A stretch of 64,000 nt of DNA from Candidatus Poribacteria bacterium (GCA_964291315.2 OZ219752.1:288001-352000); one strand, 5' to 3'. Shown: positions 28,849 through 39,500, numbered from the stretch's first letter. Notes: generated from the letters alone by a model not told the origin. Translations and numbers: made by a program.

Positions 28849-29589
28849 ATGAATAACGGGTTGATCTGCCGAGTACGACAGGCGTTCGGCACTCTTTTTC
28901 GGCTAACCGCTGTTTTTCTATTAATGTCTATGGTATCCATTGCTGATTTTTCTACGGCTTTCGGTGATAGTCATGAAGCTGCAGGTGAAAAATTGGAAGA
29001 AAAACCGGGTATCTCAGGGTGGTTCCAGCTTGATGTTGATAGTCGCGGCACCTATTTTTTGGTTGGTGCCAGCCATCCCCTCGGCGGTGTGTCCCTTGAT
29101 TCTAATATCTATATTAACGATCATTTCGGTGAATTTGATATCGGGTTCTCGTTCCCTGTTATAAAGAACGATAATGCGACACTCATACTGCTCCCGATGC
29201 TCGGCGTTGGGTTTGATTACACCGCGGCAGATGCTCCGAATGCCCTATTTCCACAAATATTTGTTTTTTTACCTGCTGGTAAAATTTATGGGTTTCATTG
29301 GACCATTGGCACAGTCAAAACTATATTTGATGAGGAAGTCCTTAATGAACTCTACAATAGGACTTATTTTACCTATGCCCTTAATGATACGCTCGCTATC
29401 GGTCCACAGTTTGAATCTGTGATGGGTTTTGGTGGTGATGACAGGCTCTGGGCTCTCAATTTCGGGGCTCGCCTAAATATTGGTTACGGTAAGCACAACA
29501 CGCTCGGTCTATACGTTGGCTATGAAACTCAAAAAGAGGATGGAGAAACCGGACTGACCGGTAGAATGAATTTTACTCGGCGCTGGTAG
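28849..29589 (+). CDS. Putative outer-membrane beta-barrel protein, paralog A
   Basis: Signal peptide, alternating amphipathic strands, terminal aromatic residue (GRMNFTRRW); clearly paralogous to 31496-32215. Confidence 0.7.
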   Translation: MNNGLICRVRQAFGTLFRLTAVFLLMSMVSIADFSTAFGDSHEAAGEKLEEKPGISGWFQLDVDSRGTYFLVGASHPLGGVSLDSNIYINDHFGEFDIGFSFPVIKNDNATLILLPMLGVGFDYTAADAPNALFPQIFVFLPAGKIYGFHWTIGTVKTIFDEEVLNELYNRTYFTYALNDTLAIGPQFESVMGFGGDDRLWALNFGARLNIGYGKHNTLGLYVGYETQKEDGETGLTGRMNFTRRW

Positions 29590-29683
29590 GGTAGCTTTCT
29601 CTATCGATCCATAGGTGTGCTTCAAACGGATCAGAGGCACGTCTTTTAAAACCTGTGTAATCCGTGCTTCAGATGTCGGGTAT

Positions 29684-31093
29684 CTATTCCAATAAGTAGA
29701 TATGAATGGTTCTGTCTTTTGCCCGTGAGAATGCTGGCAATGTTTCTACAAGATGTCCACGTTTGCGGATCCAACTGCGAGCTGCCACATCTGCGTCAAA
29801 GACGTTAAAACTCGCCACGTCCACAATGAACCACAGTCGATCTCTTCCAGAAGTTTCCCATTGTTTCTCGAATTTTTCTGCATCGTCTAACAGCCCGCCA
29901 ATGTAGACTGCGGTCAATTCTGGCAGATAATATCTTCCCATTTCAGGTTCCGAAAGGACCACTTTATCGGTTGGTTTCTTCTCGGCTTGAATTGCTTCAA
30001 ACGCCTCGCGCCATCTCGGTCGCCCACCGTTTTCAATCTGAAAGTAGAGATAGGTCTGTGAGAGTAAGGTTGCTATTAGAATATACGATAATACGTTTGC
30101 TTTTTTCTCTTCTGATTGATGTGTCGTTGCCTTCCAAACAAATTTTTCACACCCAACGCCAGCGAGAATAAAATAAGCGGGAATAGTCCAGAATAAGTAA
30201 TAGCCAGCGACGTTTTGAAACTTCGATGCCACAAGAAAGAGTAGAAGCGGGATACCCGCGTAACAGAATAAAAAACGGGTCTGTTTGTTAGACAAGGTGG
30301 CGATGAAACCGACGAGGGCAGCCGCTGCTACTGGGACGCTTACTCCGTGTACAAGCGTTAGCACGATATACAATGGGCTCCGTTGCCATTCGTTGCGCCC
30401 CCACCCGGAAAAGAGGTAACTCCGAATTTGCGGAAGGATTAGTGCTAACACCGGTATTGCGAACGGAACGAAGAAGAGAAGCAAATTTAGCCACCGTTTT
30501 TTGTTGGGGTTCTCTAATAGACAGATGGCCGCATAGACGGCTAATGCTGGTACGATCACAACGGAGAGGGTGTGTGAGAGAATTAGGCAGGAACAAGAGA
30601 GGAGCGCGCCTATGGTCAGAAGCGTCGAATTGCGTTCCAGAGACAGATAGAAGAGCCACGCTGTCAATACTGCAAAAAGAAGCGTGAACACCGGATAACG
30701 GGCATTCTGTGTCCAAAATAGATGCCAGCTTGAACATGCCATAAAGGTGCTACTAAGAAGTCCAATTCGCCAATTGAATAGCGTTCGTCCTAAGCCAAAA
30801 ACTGCGGGAATCGAAACAACCCCGGCTATACATGGAATGAGACGACTGCTCCATTCGTTGTCGCTTGAAAGTGTGATGGATAATTTCACTGCAAGATACG
30901 GAATAGGATTTGGCACATTCTGCCAATTCTTCAGTGAAAGTTTATGGGCATCTCTAAGGGTAAAGACCTCATCGATCCAGAAGCTCCACTCGCCCAAATG
31001 CCAGAATCGGAGGAGTCCTCCGATCATCACAACAGCGCTCAAAAGCACAAAATGCTTTTTTTTTGGGCAATCTTTTGTTGAAAATTTCAGCAT
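29684..31093 (-). CDS. GT-C membrane glycosyltransferase (PMT/ArnT-like)
   Basis: LRFWHLGEWSFWIDE, SRLIPCIAG and TQNARYP; multiple TM segments. Confidence 0.85.
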   Translation of the reverse strand: MLKFSTKDCPKKKHFVLLSAVVMIGGLLRFWHLGEWSFWIDEVFTLRDAHKLSLKNWQNVPNPIPYLAVKLSITLSSDNEWSSRLIPCIAGVVSIPAVFGLGRTLFNWRIGLLSSTFMACSSWHLFWTQNARYPVFTLLFAVLTAWLFYLSLERNSTLLTIGALLSCSCLILSHTLSVVIVPALAVYAAICLLENPNKKRWLNLLLFFVPFAIPVLALILPQIRSYLFSGWGRNEWQRSPLYIVLTLVHGVSVPVAAAALVGFIATLSNKQTRFLFCYAGIPLLLFLVASKFQNVAGYYLFWTIPAYFILAGVGCEKFVWKATTHQSEEKKANVLSYILIATLLSQTYLYFQIENGGRPRWREAFEAIQAEKKPTDKVVLSEPEMGRYYLPELTAVYIGGLLDDAEKFEKQWETSGRDRLWFIVDVASFNVFDADVAARSWIRKRGHLVETLPAFSRAKDRTIHIYLLE

Positions 31094-31280
31094 TTTTGTT
31101 AGAAGTCTGTTTCCTCGCTTTACGGTTAACGATTAAGGGTTGTCTATAGAGGGTTTGCGTTTATTGCAGTCATAGACTCAACAGCTGCTACTTGTGCACT
31201 ACTTGCAGCTGACGTTTGCCAGCTCATAAGCCGATAACTGAAAAGTAGATTAATAAATGCCGTGCCTGCCGGTTGCAGAT

Positions 31281-31296
31281 TGGCACGCGTTTTGCT
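31281..31296 (+). promoter_or_regulatory. sigma54 (-24/-12) promoter
   Basis: TGGCACG-CGTT-TTGCT matches TGGCACG-N4-TTGCW; lies upstream of the porin-amt genes. Confidence 0.8.
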
Positions 31297-31495
31297 TTAA
31301 ACACGAAAATAGGTGCACAGTAAGTGTCAATAAAAGTTTGCGGTTGGCAGGCGCGTGAGTATATCACAAAATTATGCCGAAGTCAACTGATACCGCACTC
31401 AGTAAAACCTGAAAAGGCCCTGTAGCACTATGATTGTCCATTAATTAAATCACATAACATTTCGGGCGTGTATTGATGCCACAAAGGAGATTTTG

Positions 31496-32215
31496 ATGAA
31501 AACGTATGCATTTTGGTTCGTTCAATTGTTAGCAGTTGTCTGTATTTTCGCAGTCGGTACGACCCCTCTGCTCTATGCAGACGCACATGAAGCAGATGAA
31601 GAGACTGAAGAAGAGTCGTCAGGTGCTTCCGGTTGGTTCCGTACCGACACGGACGGTTTAGGAACCCAGATTTGGTTCGGGGCAAGCCATTCCCCAAGTT
31701 TTCTGGGTAGTCTTTCGCTGGATACCGATATCTACGTCGTTGATACGTTTGGTGAATTAGACATCGGAATCGGTGTGCCTGTTGCTGATAGCGACTCGCT
31801 GTCACTCAGCTTTCTGCCTATGGTCGGTATTGGATTTGACTATGCTGCCCCGAATGGTCCTTCTTCCTTAATTGCCCCGCAGCTATTTACGTATCTCACT
31901 GCTGGTTCTATCTATTTTGAGTCGTGGATACAAGGCTTCTTCAATACTATGTTTGACGAAGAAGCGGGGGATTCCCTCTACACGCGTGACTTTATTCTGT
32001 TGTCGCTCAATGATACTGTTTCTGTCGGCCCGCAAATAGAAGTAACGATTGATTTGGGAGATGATGGCGGCTTAGGGAGTATGGTGGTGGGCGGCCGCGC
32101 AAACGTGGCCTACGGTGAAAATAATACGCTCGGTGTTTTCGTCGGATTTGAGACGCAGAAAGAGGACGATGAAACGGGAATTACCGGTAGAATGACCTTC
32201 CTCCGGACCTGGTAG
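31496..32215 (+). CDS. Putative outer-membrane beta-barrel protein, paralog B
   Basis: Signal peptide (LYA|D), very acidic, amphipathic strands, ends GRMTFLRTW. Confidence 0.72.
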   Translation: MKTYAFWFVQLLAVVCIFAVGTTPLLYADAHEADEETEEESSGASGWFRTDTDGLGTQIWFGASHSPSFLGSLSLDTDIYVVDTFGELDIGIGVPVADSDSLSLSFLPMVGIGFDYAAPNGPSSLIAPQLFTYLTAGSIYFESWIQGFFNTMFDEEAGDSLYTRDFILLSLNDTVSVGPQIEVTIDLGDDGGLGSMVVGGRANVAYGENNTLGVFVGFETQKEDDETGITGRMTFLRTW

Positions 32216-32298
32216 GGCGCATATATTATTGTGCCGTTCATCGCGAACGCAAGTTCGCGCAAAGGCGACATCGTTCGCGGTGAATAGGCACCGCCCCT
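32212..32298. repeat. REP/REPIN-like palindromic element between porin and amt
   Basis: GTAGGGCG...CGCCCCT enclosing GTGCCGTTCATCGCGAACG / CGTTCGCGGTGAATAGGCAC. Confidence 0.5.
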
Positions 32299-32399
32299 CA
32301 ACGGATTCCAGCAGATGACCTGATACGAGGACAAATATCGCGTCCATCACTCGCGATACTAGAGTCTAAACAAGTACTGACACAAGGAGATATTACAAA

Positions 32400-33749
32400 A
32401 TGAAGAAAAAGGTTGTTATAGTCGTTTTTACCCTCACGTGTCTATTAAGTTTGAACGTTTTCGCTTTAAATGGATCGATTGAGGAGGATGGAGCGGTTAA
32501 AAAGGTTTCTGACGCGCAATATATGGCGGACACGCTGTGGGTGCTTGTCGCTGCATTTCTGGTGTTCTTTATGCAGGCAGGATTCGCTATGGTGGAATCT
32601 GGCTTCACGCGTGCTAAGAATGCTGTCAACATTCTCATGAAAAACCTAATGGACTTCTCAATGGGGTCCATTGCATATTGGGCGATCGGTTTCGCTATCA
32701 TGTTTGGCGCTGGCAACGCTTTCATGGGAACGAGCGGATGGTTCGTTCCCGCTGATTCTAAAGCGTTTAGTTCATTAGAATGGAGTTCTGTCCCGACACA
32801 TGCCGCGTGGCTTTTCCAATTGGTGTTCGCTGCTACCGCGGCAACTATTGTCTCCGGGGCAATGGCTGAGCGTACACAATTTAAAAGTTACCTGATTTAT
32901 AGCGTGTTCATCACCGGTATTATTTATCCGATTGTTGGACACTGGATTTGGGGAGGCGGTTGGTTATCAAGTCTCGGAATGTCTGATTTTGCAGGTTCAA
33001 CCGTCGTTCATTCCACTGGAGGATGGCTAGCATTAACTGGAGCGATTGTGCTAGGACCGCGCTTGGGCAAATATGATGCTGAAGGTAGATCGAGACCGAT
33101 AGCCGGGCACAATCTTCCGCTTGCTGCGCTGGGTGTCTTTATTTTATGGCTTGGATGGTTCGGGTTTAATCCTGGTAGTCAAATGGCGGCAAGTGCGCCT
33201 GAGATTTCTGCTATCGCTGTAACGACAAACCTTGCCGCTGCTGCTGGTGCTATTACTGCGATGATTACCGCGTGGATATTTCTCAAGAAACCCGATGCGG
33301 GCATGTCGCTTAACGGTGCACTCGCTGGATTGGTCGCAATTACTGCAGGATGTGCCTCCGTCAGTCCGGTATCGGCTGCGATTATTGGTGCGCTCGGTGG
33401 TATTGTTGTTGTTTTGAGCGTTCTGATGTTTGAAAAGCTTCGCATTGATGATCCTGTCGGCGCTATCTCCGTTCACGGTACCTGTGGGGCATTAGGCACA
33501 ATCCTCCTCGGTTTTTTTGACAGTGAAAATGGGGTCTTATTTGGAGGAGGATTTGGACTGCTCTGGGCACAGATCGTCGGTGTGGTTGCCGTTTTCGTGT
33601 GGTGTCTTGTGACAGGCTTCACTCTCTTCTACAGTATCAAAGCTGTTACAGGCTTGCGAGTCACTGAAGAAGAAGAAATGGAAGGACTCGATTACCAAGA
33701 ACACGGTGCAAGTGCATATCCTGACTTCAATGTCTCCTCAATACGGTAG
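32400..33749 (+). CDS. amt: Ammonium transporter (Amt family) 1
   Basis: FMQAGFAMVESG, SGAMAER, DFAGSTVVH, WFGFN and DDPVGAISVHG (twin His present). Confidence 0.96.
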   Translation: MKKKVVIVVFTLTCLLSLNVFALNGSIEEDGAVKKVSDAQYMADTLWVLVAAFLVFFMQAGFAMVESGFTRAKNAVNILMKNLMDFSMGSIAYWAIGFAIMFGAGNAFMGTSGWFVPADSKAFSSLEWSSVPTHAAWLFQLVFAATAATIVSGAMAERTQFKSYLIYSVFITGIIYPIVGHWIWGGGWLSSLGMSDFAGSTVVHSTGGWLALTGAIVLGPRLGKYDAEGRSRPIAGHNLPLAALGVFILWLGWFGFNPGSQMAASAPEISAIAVTTNLAAAAGAITAMITAWIFLKKPDAGMSLNGALAGLVAITAGCASVSPVSAAIIGALGGIVVVLSVLMFEKLRIDDPVGAISVHGTCGALGTILLGFFDSENGVLFGGGFGLLWAQIVGVVAVFVWCLVTGFTLFYSIKAVTGLRVTEEEEMEGLDYQEHGASAYPDFNVSSIR

Positions 33750-33787
33750 ACACATTTTACCGATAGCTTTCAGGCTGCAAACCTAAT

Positions 33788-33840
33788 AGGGACCGCCTCC
33801 AGGAAATATCTCGTATCTCTTGTGGGGTGTTCCCTCTTTT
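33788..33840 (+). terminator. Putative intrinsic terminator after amt1
   Basis: Imperfect stem AGGGACCGCCTCCAGGA...TCTTGTGGGGTGTTCCCT followed by CTTTT. Confidence 0.4.
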
Positions 33841-33882
33841 GCTATCGGTATTTCATGCGCTTTTTCAACCGAAAAATACTGC

Positions 33883-33911
33883 TTGATACTGTTTTAACAT
33901 TCTGCTAAAAT
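33883..33911 (+). promoter_or_regulatory. sigma70 promoter upstream of amt2
   Basis: TTGATA-N17-TAAAAT with extended TG. Confidence 0.6.
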
Positions 33912-34173
33912 TTGAATGGTTTTCGGTTCGATAATGATATAATACCCTTCTTGTAATGAGAACTGAGACTACCCGTGATTGGCGGGGTCCAATTTCTCGA
34001 CATCATTATTAAATCGAAAAACCCACAAATTTTGGATCTATATCTTCTTAAAAATTAAATCTCTCTTATCAGGAAACAATTGAATTGTGATTGGAAAGAT
34101 AGACAAAGCCGTTTGGTTTTATGGCAACAACAAGATAAGCGGTATCTGCTTGTCAATATTATGGAGGATTCAG

Positions 34174-35541
34174 ATGCAACGACGATGTGCATCAACGTTT
34201 GCGAAAAAGCGATTTGGTTACCCGCGAATTGGAACGCTAATTGTAATACTACTAATTTGTGGTGTACCAAGTTTGGCGATGGCACAAGAGGCCTCTGTTG
34301 ATTCAGGCAATACTGCTTGGATGCTTACCTCAACAGCCCTCGTCCTATTTATGACTATTCCCGGGCTTGCTCTCTTCTACGGGGGACTTGTGCGGGTTCA
34401 AAATGTACTATCTGTGCTTATGCAATGCTTCGCCCTGACAGGATTGATTACTATCGTGTGGGTCGTTTGTGGATATAGTCTTGCTTTTAATACGGCTGGT
34501 ATGGAGGAAGGGAAAATCACTCTCGGCTCTTTTGTCGGAGGGCTCGGCACTATGTTCCTGCGGGGTATCGGCGTGGATACTCTCTCTGGAGATATTCCTG
34601 AAACCGTTTTTATTACCTTTCAACTGACATTCGCGATCATCACGCCGGCTCTGATTGCTGGGGCATTCGCGGAACGAATGAAGTTCTCGGCGATGTTAAT
34701 TTTCTCTTTCCTATGGTCGATCATTGTGTATGCCCCCCTCTGCCACATGGCCTGGGCTGGCGACGGATCGCTCTTTGGTGATATTATCGGTGCGCTTGAT
34801 TTTGCTGGGGGAACCGTTGTGCATATTAATGCGGGGATCGCGGCATTAATCGCCGCTATCTTAGTCGGAAAACGGCTGGGTTACCAGACAACGCCGATGC
34901 CGCCTCATAGCTTGACGCTGACTGTTGTCGGAGCATCTATGCTCTGGGTTGGATGGTTCGGTTTCAATGCGGGGAGCGCTCTTGCCGCTGACGGTACCGC
35001 TGGTATGGCGATGCTCGTTACCCAAATTTCAACCGCAGCCGCTGCTATTGCCTGGATGTTTGTTGAATGGGCAAAACATGGGAAACCGAGCGTCTTAGGG
35101 ATTGTAACGGGGGCGGTTGCTGGCTTGGTCGCTATCACGCCCGCTTCCGGTTCCGTCGGACCCATGGGGGCCTGCTGTATCGGTATCGTTTCAGGCGTGA
35201 TCTGTTTCTGGGGCGCTACCAGCTTGAAAACCAAGCTGGGTTACGATGATTCCCTTGATGCATTCGGTGTTCACGGCATCGGTGGAATTGTTGGTGCATT
35301 ATTGACAGGCATCTTTGCTGCAGAAAGTTTAGGCGGAGCTGGGCTGGAAAAGAGTAGCATCGGGATGCAGATTTGGGCACAGTTTCTCAGCGTTATTATT
35401 ACGCTTGTTTGGAGCGGTGTGCTATCGTTTATCATCCTCAAAATTGTTGATGCCACAGTCGGCTTACGTGTTGAAGAGGATGAGGAGCGCATGGGTCTCG
35501 ATCTTTCGCAACACAACGAGCGCGGATATAACCTCTCTTAG
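34174..35541 (+). CDS. amtB: Ammonium transporter AmtB
   Basis: DSGNTAWMLTS, PGLALFYGG, DFAGGTVVHINAG and DDSLDAFGVHG; GGAGG RBS before ATG 34174. Confidence 0.96.
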   Translation: MQRRCASTFAKKRFGYPRIGTLIVILLICGVPSLAMAQEASVDSGNTAWMLTSTALVLFMTIPGLALFYGGLVRVQNVLSVLMQCFALTGLITIVWVVCGYSLAFNTAGMEEGKITLGSFVGGLGTMFLRGIGVDTLSGDIPETVFITFQLTFAIITPALIAGAFAERMKFSAMLIFSFLWSIIVYAPLCHMAWAGDGSLFGDIIGALDFAGGTVVHINAGIAALIAAILVGKRLGYQTTPMPPHSLTLTVVGASMLWVGWFGFNAGSALAADGTAGMAMLVTQISTAAAAIAWMFVEWAKHGKPSVLGIVTGAVAGLVAITPASGSVGPMGACCIGIVSGVICFWGATSLKTKLGYDDSLDAFGVHGIGGIVGALLTGIFAAESLGGAGLEKSSIGMQIWAQFLSVIITLVWSGVLSFIILKIVDATVGLRVEEDEERMGLDLSQHNERGYNLS

Positions 35542-35559
35542 AAAACGGTTTTGCAATTG

Positions 35560-35613
35560 GGCACGGTGTGAAATCGCGCCTACAAATGTAAGGGCGGCCG
35601 ACACAGGCCGCCC
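35560..35613. repeat. Pair of REP-like hairpins between convergent genes
   Basis: GTAGGCGCGATTTCACACCGTGCC on - and GTAAGGGCGGCC-GACACA-GGCCGCCC on +. Confidence 0.55.
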
Positions 35614-35624
35614 AATATTTTCCG

Positions 35625-37649
35625 TTAATTAACTGCTATTGTTACCCGTGCAACTATCTCTTCGTGGGATAACCTACTTTTCTCCACAAACAGATGTTGA
35701 CTTGCTTGTATATTGTCGTAAACTTCGGCGATCCATTTTGTGTTGAAGGCCTCGCCAGTGTTGTGAATAGTCAGGGTGCGAGGAGCAATCAGGGTTCCCG
35801 CAGTCCGAAAATCTCCAACTTGTCGGATATTCGGTATCGGTAGGGTTTCCAAGAAGGCAGCATCGCCCTCAAGGTCGTGCTGCAAGTCAAATTCTGTCGC
35901 ATCAGCAACAACGTTTTTCACATCCGCAAAGCCTGCCGCTAGTAGGCACCACAATCCGGCTTCGCCTATTCCGACTAAATTCACGGCTGAAACGCCGTTT
36001 CTGCCTATAAAACAGTGCAGTGCTGTCACAATGTCTTGTATGCGGAGGGCGGCAGTCGTTCGGTTGTAAGTCGTAAAATAGTTGATTTCTTCCGCTCTTT
36101 CGTAATCTGGATGTTCACCTGTTCCAAAGACATCAATCAGAAGCACTTGCTGGTGAGCAATAAGTAAGTCTGTAATAATCGGTAGGGGTTCCCCTGTTTC
36201 TGGGTCAATTAATTTATTTTTTCCTTCTGGATGGACGACAAGAGCTAGATCGTGTTGCGTTTGTGATTCCGGACTAAACAGAAGAGCAGGTATAGCGTCG
36301 CCTATATCTTTTCTGCCAATTACAAGGTGCCTTGCAGATAAGTTTGTTCGGTAAGTTGTTGGAAACGCCCCCGCTGGTTGAACAAGCGTTATATCTGTGC
36401 CTTTGGGAATCTGTAGTCCGAGTGCGTGTTGCAACCTGCTGCGTGTTTCCGCGTGGGATCTCTGGCGTTCCAATTCACTCTTGGGTTTCCATTTTTCTAT
36501 TGCTTGCAGCGAACGATTCACCCAGGTCGGTAGAAACGCTTCCTGCTTCAAAGCGTGCTCGGGCATCTTGCGTTTGGAGAAAACCAGCAACGCATCATCT
36601 GGTTCTACTTGGAATGGGACCTCTTTGAATGCCGAAGGGTCTTTTGATCCTAAGAGCCATTTAGCAAACCAAGCATATACTGCCTCGCGGCTCTCTTGGT
36701 TGTAATTATGTTCTGCGTTTACCTGAACCTGATGCACTTTATCTTCAGCGTCACAGTGAGCGTAGATACTTCGGATAGCGGGATATTCAACCGTTGGTGT
36801 GTTCGCTGTCCAATCGCCTGTAGCTGACACTAGTAGGAGCGGTCGTGGTGCCATCAATGCCCCAATCTCAATGTTGCTGACATCTAAACGGAGGTTTGGG
36901 GCGTTTTCGCAGAGACAACCGCCTTGCATTGTCGCTGAGATCATATTAACGGGGGCTGATACTTTGATTCGTTGATCTATTGCAGTCAAGATGAAGGTTT
37001 GTGTTCCGCCGCCAGATGCTCCTGTGCACCCGATCCGTTCACTGTCAACATCTGGTAGACTCTCCAGGAAGTCTATAGATCGGATACCGTTCTGGAGTTG
37101 AAGCCCCATTGCACTTAAGCCCCAAAGCCCCTCGCGTGCCCCTCCATAATGGTGTTCTATCTGTTTTCCGCTGTCGTTGTAACCGAGCATATCATATGTA
37201 AAGATAACGTATCCTTGTTTGGCAAAATTAATACAACGCCCTGGAATTGAGCCGCGTTCTATATTCTCAAGCCTACCGCGTGCCCAATGTCCATGGGGAC
37301 TCACGATCCCTGGAAATGGGCCGGATTTCCCGATCGGACGATACAGATTGCCTGTTGTGAAGAAACCCGGAAAGGGTTCAAAATAAACTTTTTCTACGCT
37401 ATAATCTTCGCGCTCGATCCTTTCAAATATCTCTGCATTTAAGAGTTGCGGTTCGGGCCTTGGGACTAAACCGTTGGCAACCCGAATTTGTTGACGTAAT
37501 GCGGCAGCTTTTTCTGTCCATTCTGCTTTCGTGTAACCCGGGAAGGTATAAAGTGTATTAAAATCGCGTGGTCTACTGCCACGTGCGTCGTTAACAACCT
37601 GCGAAGCCTCTCCAAAAACATGAGCAAGCTCGTGGTGTTGTTCAGTCAT
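35625..37649 (-). CDS. Two-domain alpha/beta hydrolase (acetyl xylan esterase-like)
   Basis: SPHGHW, nucleophile elbow GCTGASGGG, GGCLCE and HNYN. Confidence 0.8.
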   Translation of the reverse strand: MTEQHHELAHVFGEASQVVNDARGSRPRDFNTLYTFPGYTKAEWTEKAAALRQQIRVANGLVPRPEPQLLNAEIFERIEREDYSVEKVYFEPFPGFFTTGNLYRPIGKSGPFPGIVSPHGHWARGRLENIERGSIPGRCINFAKQGYVIFTYDMLGYNDSGKQIEHHYGGAREGLWGLSAMGLQLQNGIRSIDFLESLPDVDSERIGCTGASGGGTQTFILTAIDQRIKVSAPVNMISATMQGGCLCENAPNLRLDVSNIEIGALMAPRPLLLVSATGDWTANTPTVEYPAIRSIYAHCDAEDKVHQVQVNAEHNYNQESREAVYAWFAKWLLGSKDPSAFKEVPFQVEPDDALLVFSKRKMPEHALKQEAFLPTWVNRSLQAIEKWKPKSELERQRSHAETRSRLQHALGLQIPKGTDITLVQPAGAFPTTYRTNLSARHLVIGRKDIGDAIPALLFSPESQTQHDLALVVHPEGKNKLIDPETGEPLPIITDLLIAHQQVLLIDVFGTGEHPDYERAEEINYFTTYNRTTAALRIQDIVTALHCFIGRNGVSAVNLVGIGEAGLWCLLAAGFADVKNVVADATEFDLQHDLEGDAAFLETLPIPNIRQVGDFRTAGTLIAPRTLTIHNTGEAFNTKWIAEVYDNIQASQHLFVEKSRLSHEEIVARVTIAVN

Positions 37650-38076
37650 TGCTAATTCCTCCGTTGTGAATCGTCAATCTGCCGCCCTGACCCCATATTT
37701 TGGCAGAAAGAATGTGTTACGTATCTGATGAAGTTGCGTCATCCAGTAATCCTGTCTTCATATTATTGGTAGTTTCCACAATATTTGCAAGGGCGTTGTT
37801 TTTTTCTTCTATGAAAAGGAAACAAGAGGGAGCACCTATAACAAAGGTGATGCAGAGACCGGCCCCAAGCTGGAGTCAGCAATGACAAGAATCGATGAGA
37901 CTATTCCGAGACTTTGTTTGCAGTTATTGTATCAGAACTGCTTGCAATCCGTAGATACTCAGGCCCCGTGAAGGCAAGCTCCGAGGGATTCCGAGAATAA
38001 TTGTGGTGCAACGCCAGGGAGAATCCTCGCTTTCCCGAACGCTTCATGATATAATACAGAAAGAAAGGAGAGACGC

Positions 38077-39351
38077 ATGAAAATTCTTGTTATTGGGCAA
38101 GGGGGACGTGAACATGCCCTTGTCTGGAAACTTGTTCAGAGCTCACTTGTTGAAAAAATCTATTGTGCCCCCGGAAATGCCGGCATCTCACAAATTGCGG
38201 AATGTATCTCTATGCCCGACGAATTTGTTGACTTGGCAGATTGGGCGAAATCGGAGGGTATCGCATTGACTGTTGTCGGGCCCGAAGCCCCGTTGGCTGA
38301 AGGGATCGTCGATGGGTTTCGCGAGCGCGGGCTAAAAGCTTTTGGACCCGATAGGCGCGCCGCTCGCCTTGAAGCTAGCAAAGATTTTGCGAAATGCCTG
38401 ATGGCAGAGAATAGGATACCTACGGCTGCACACCGAACCTTCACGGATGCCGAGGAGGCCCTGGCATATATCGAAGATAAAAAAACACCTGTTTTTGTTA
38501 AAGCGAACGGACTTGCTGCAGGGAAAGGGGTTATCCCCGGACGCACCTTCGAACAGGCTGCGCAAGCTGTTACAACTATTTTGGTGGATAAGGCGTTTGG
38601 CGAAGCGGGCGATAGCATCGTGATCGAAGAAGAACTTATCGGAGAAGAAGCCTCCTTTACTGTTCTGACAGACGGTACCTACTGTCTCCCTTTTGTTTCC
38701 TCACAAGACCATAAAATGTCACACGATGCGGACACCGGCAAAAACACTGGCGGGATGGGTGCGTACTCTCCGGCGCCTGTTATGACGCCAGAATTGCACA
38801 ATTATGTAATGGAGCAAGTGGTCTATCCGACTATCAACGGTATGAGACAGATCGGAAGTGCCTTCAAAGGGGTGCTATACGTCGGACTTATGATTACGGA
38901 CACCGGCCCAAAAGTGCTGGAATTCAACTGCCGTTTTGGTGATCCAGAGGCACAGGTGCTTTTGACTCGTCTCAAGAGCGATTTAGTGACTTTGTTGATG
39001 GCGTGTATAGATGGAACACTTGCCCAGCATGCTCATGTTGAATGGCATGACGACGCAGCAGCTTGTGTTGTTATGGCTTCGGGGGGTTACCCAGATCCGT
39101 ACCAAACAGGCGAAATCATCACAGGCTTGTCGGAAGCAGCAGCCATTCAAGGAGTAAATGTTTTTCATGCAGGCACGAAACACAGTGATCAAAATGTTGT
39201 CACCGATGGCGGGAGAGTGTTAGGTGTTACTGCAACTGCAGATGGATTACACAATGCTATTCAACGCGCATATCAAGGCGTTGCTGCTATTCAATTTGCC
39301 AATGCCCACTTCCGAAACGACATCGGATACCGGGCGCTGGAACGCCTTTGA
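38077..39351 (+). CDS. purD: Phosphoribosylamine--glycine ligase
   Basis: GQGGREHAL, VGPEAPL, KANGLAAGKGV, NTGGMGAYSP and EFNCRFGDPE. Confidence 0.98.
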   Translation: MKILVIGQGGREHALVWKLVQSSLVEKIYCAPGNAGISQIAECISMPDEFVDLADWAKSEGIALTVVGPEAPLAEGIVDGFRERGLKAFGPDRRAARLEASKDFAKCLMAENRIPTAAHRTFTDAEEALAYIEDKKTPVFVKANGLAAGKGVIPGRTFEQAAQAVTTILVDKAFGEAGDSIVIEEELIGEEASFTVLTDGTYCLPFVSSQDHKMSHDADTGKNTGGMGAYSPAPVMTPELHNYVMEQVVYPTINGMRQIGSAFKGVLYVGLMITDTGPKVLEFNCRFGDPEAQVLLTRLKSDLVTLLMACIDGTLAQHAHVEWHDDAAACVVMASGGYPDPYQTGEIITGLSEAAAIQGVNVFHAGTKHSDQNVVTDGGRVLGVTATADGLHNAIQRAYQGVAAIQFANAHFRNDIGYRALERL

Positions 39352-39500
39352 GATGATATAAGAAAATTTGCAGACACTTGGATATCCGAGTTGCTTAAGT
39401 GAGGTAATCCGGCAAATCTTAAAATCTTGGAAACTTGATCCTGACAGACAAAGCAGCCTCTATTTGGGGCAATATATTAGTGTCGTAATGGAACGAATAA

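Noticed and set aside
32231-32298. glnA (glutamine) riboswitch before amt1
   Set aside because: It starts with CGTTCA but lacks the ACGGAAGTAG and GAAGGAACG elements.
37650-38076. Purine or ZTP riboswitch upstream of purD
   Set aside because: No consensus motifs, and an extended -10 (TGATATAAT, 38047-38055) sits right before the RBS, leaving no room for a leader.
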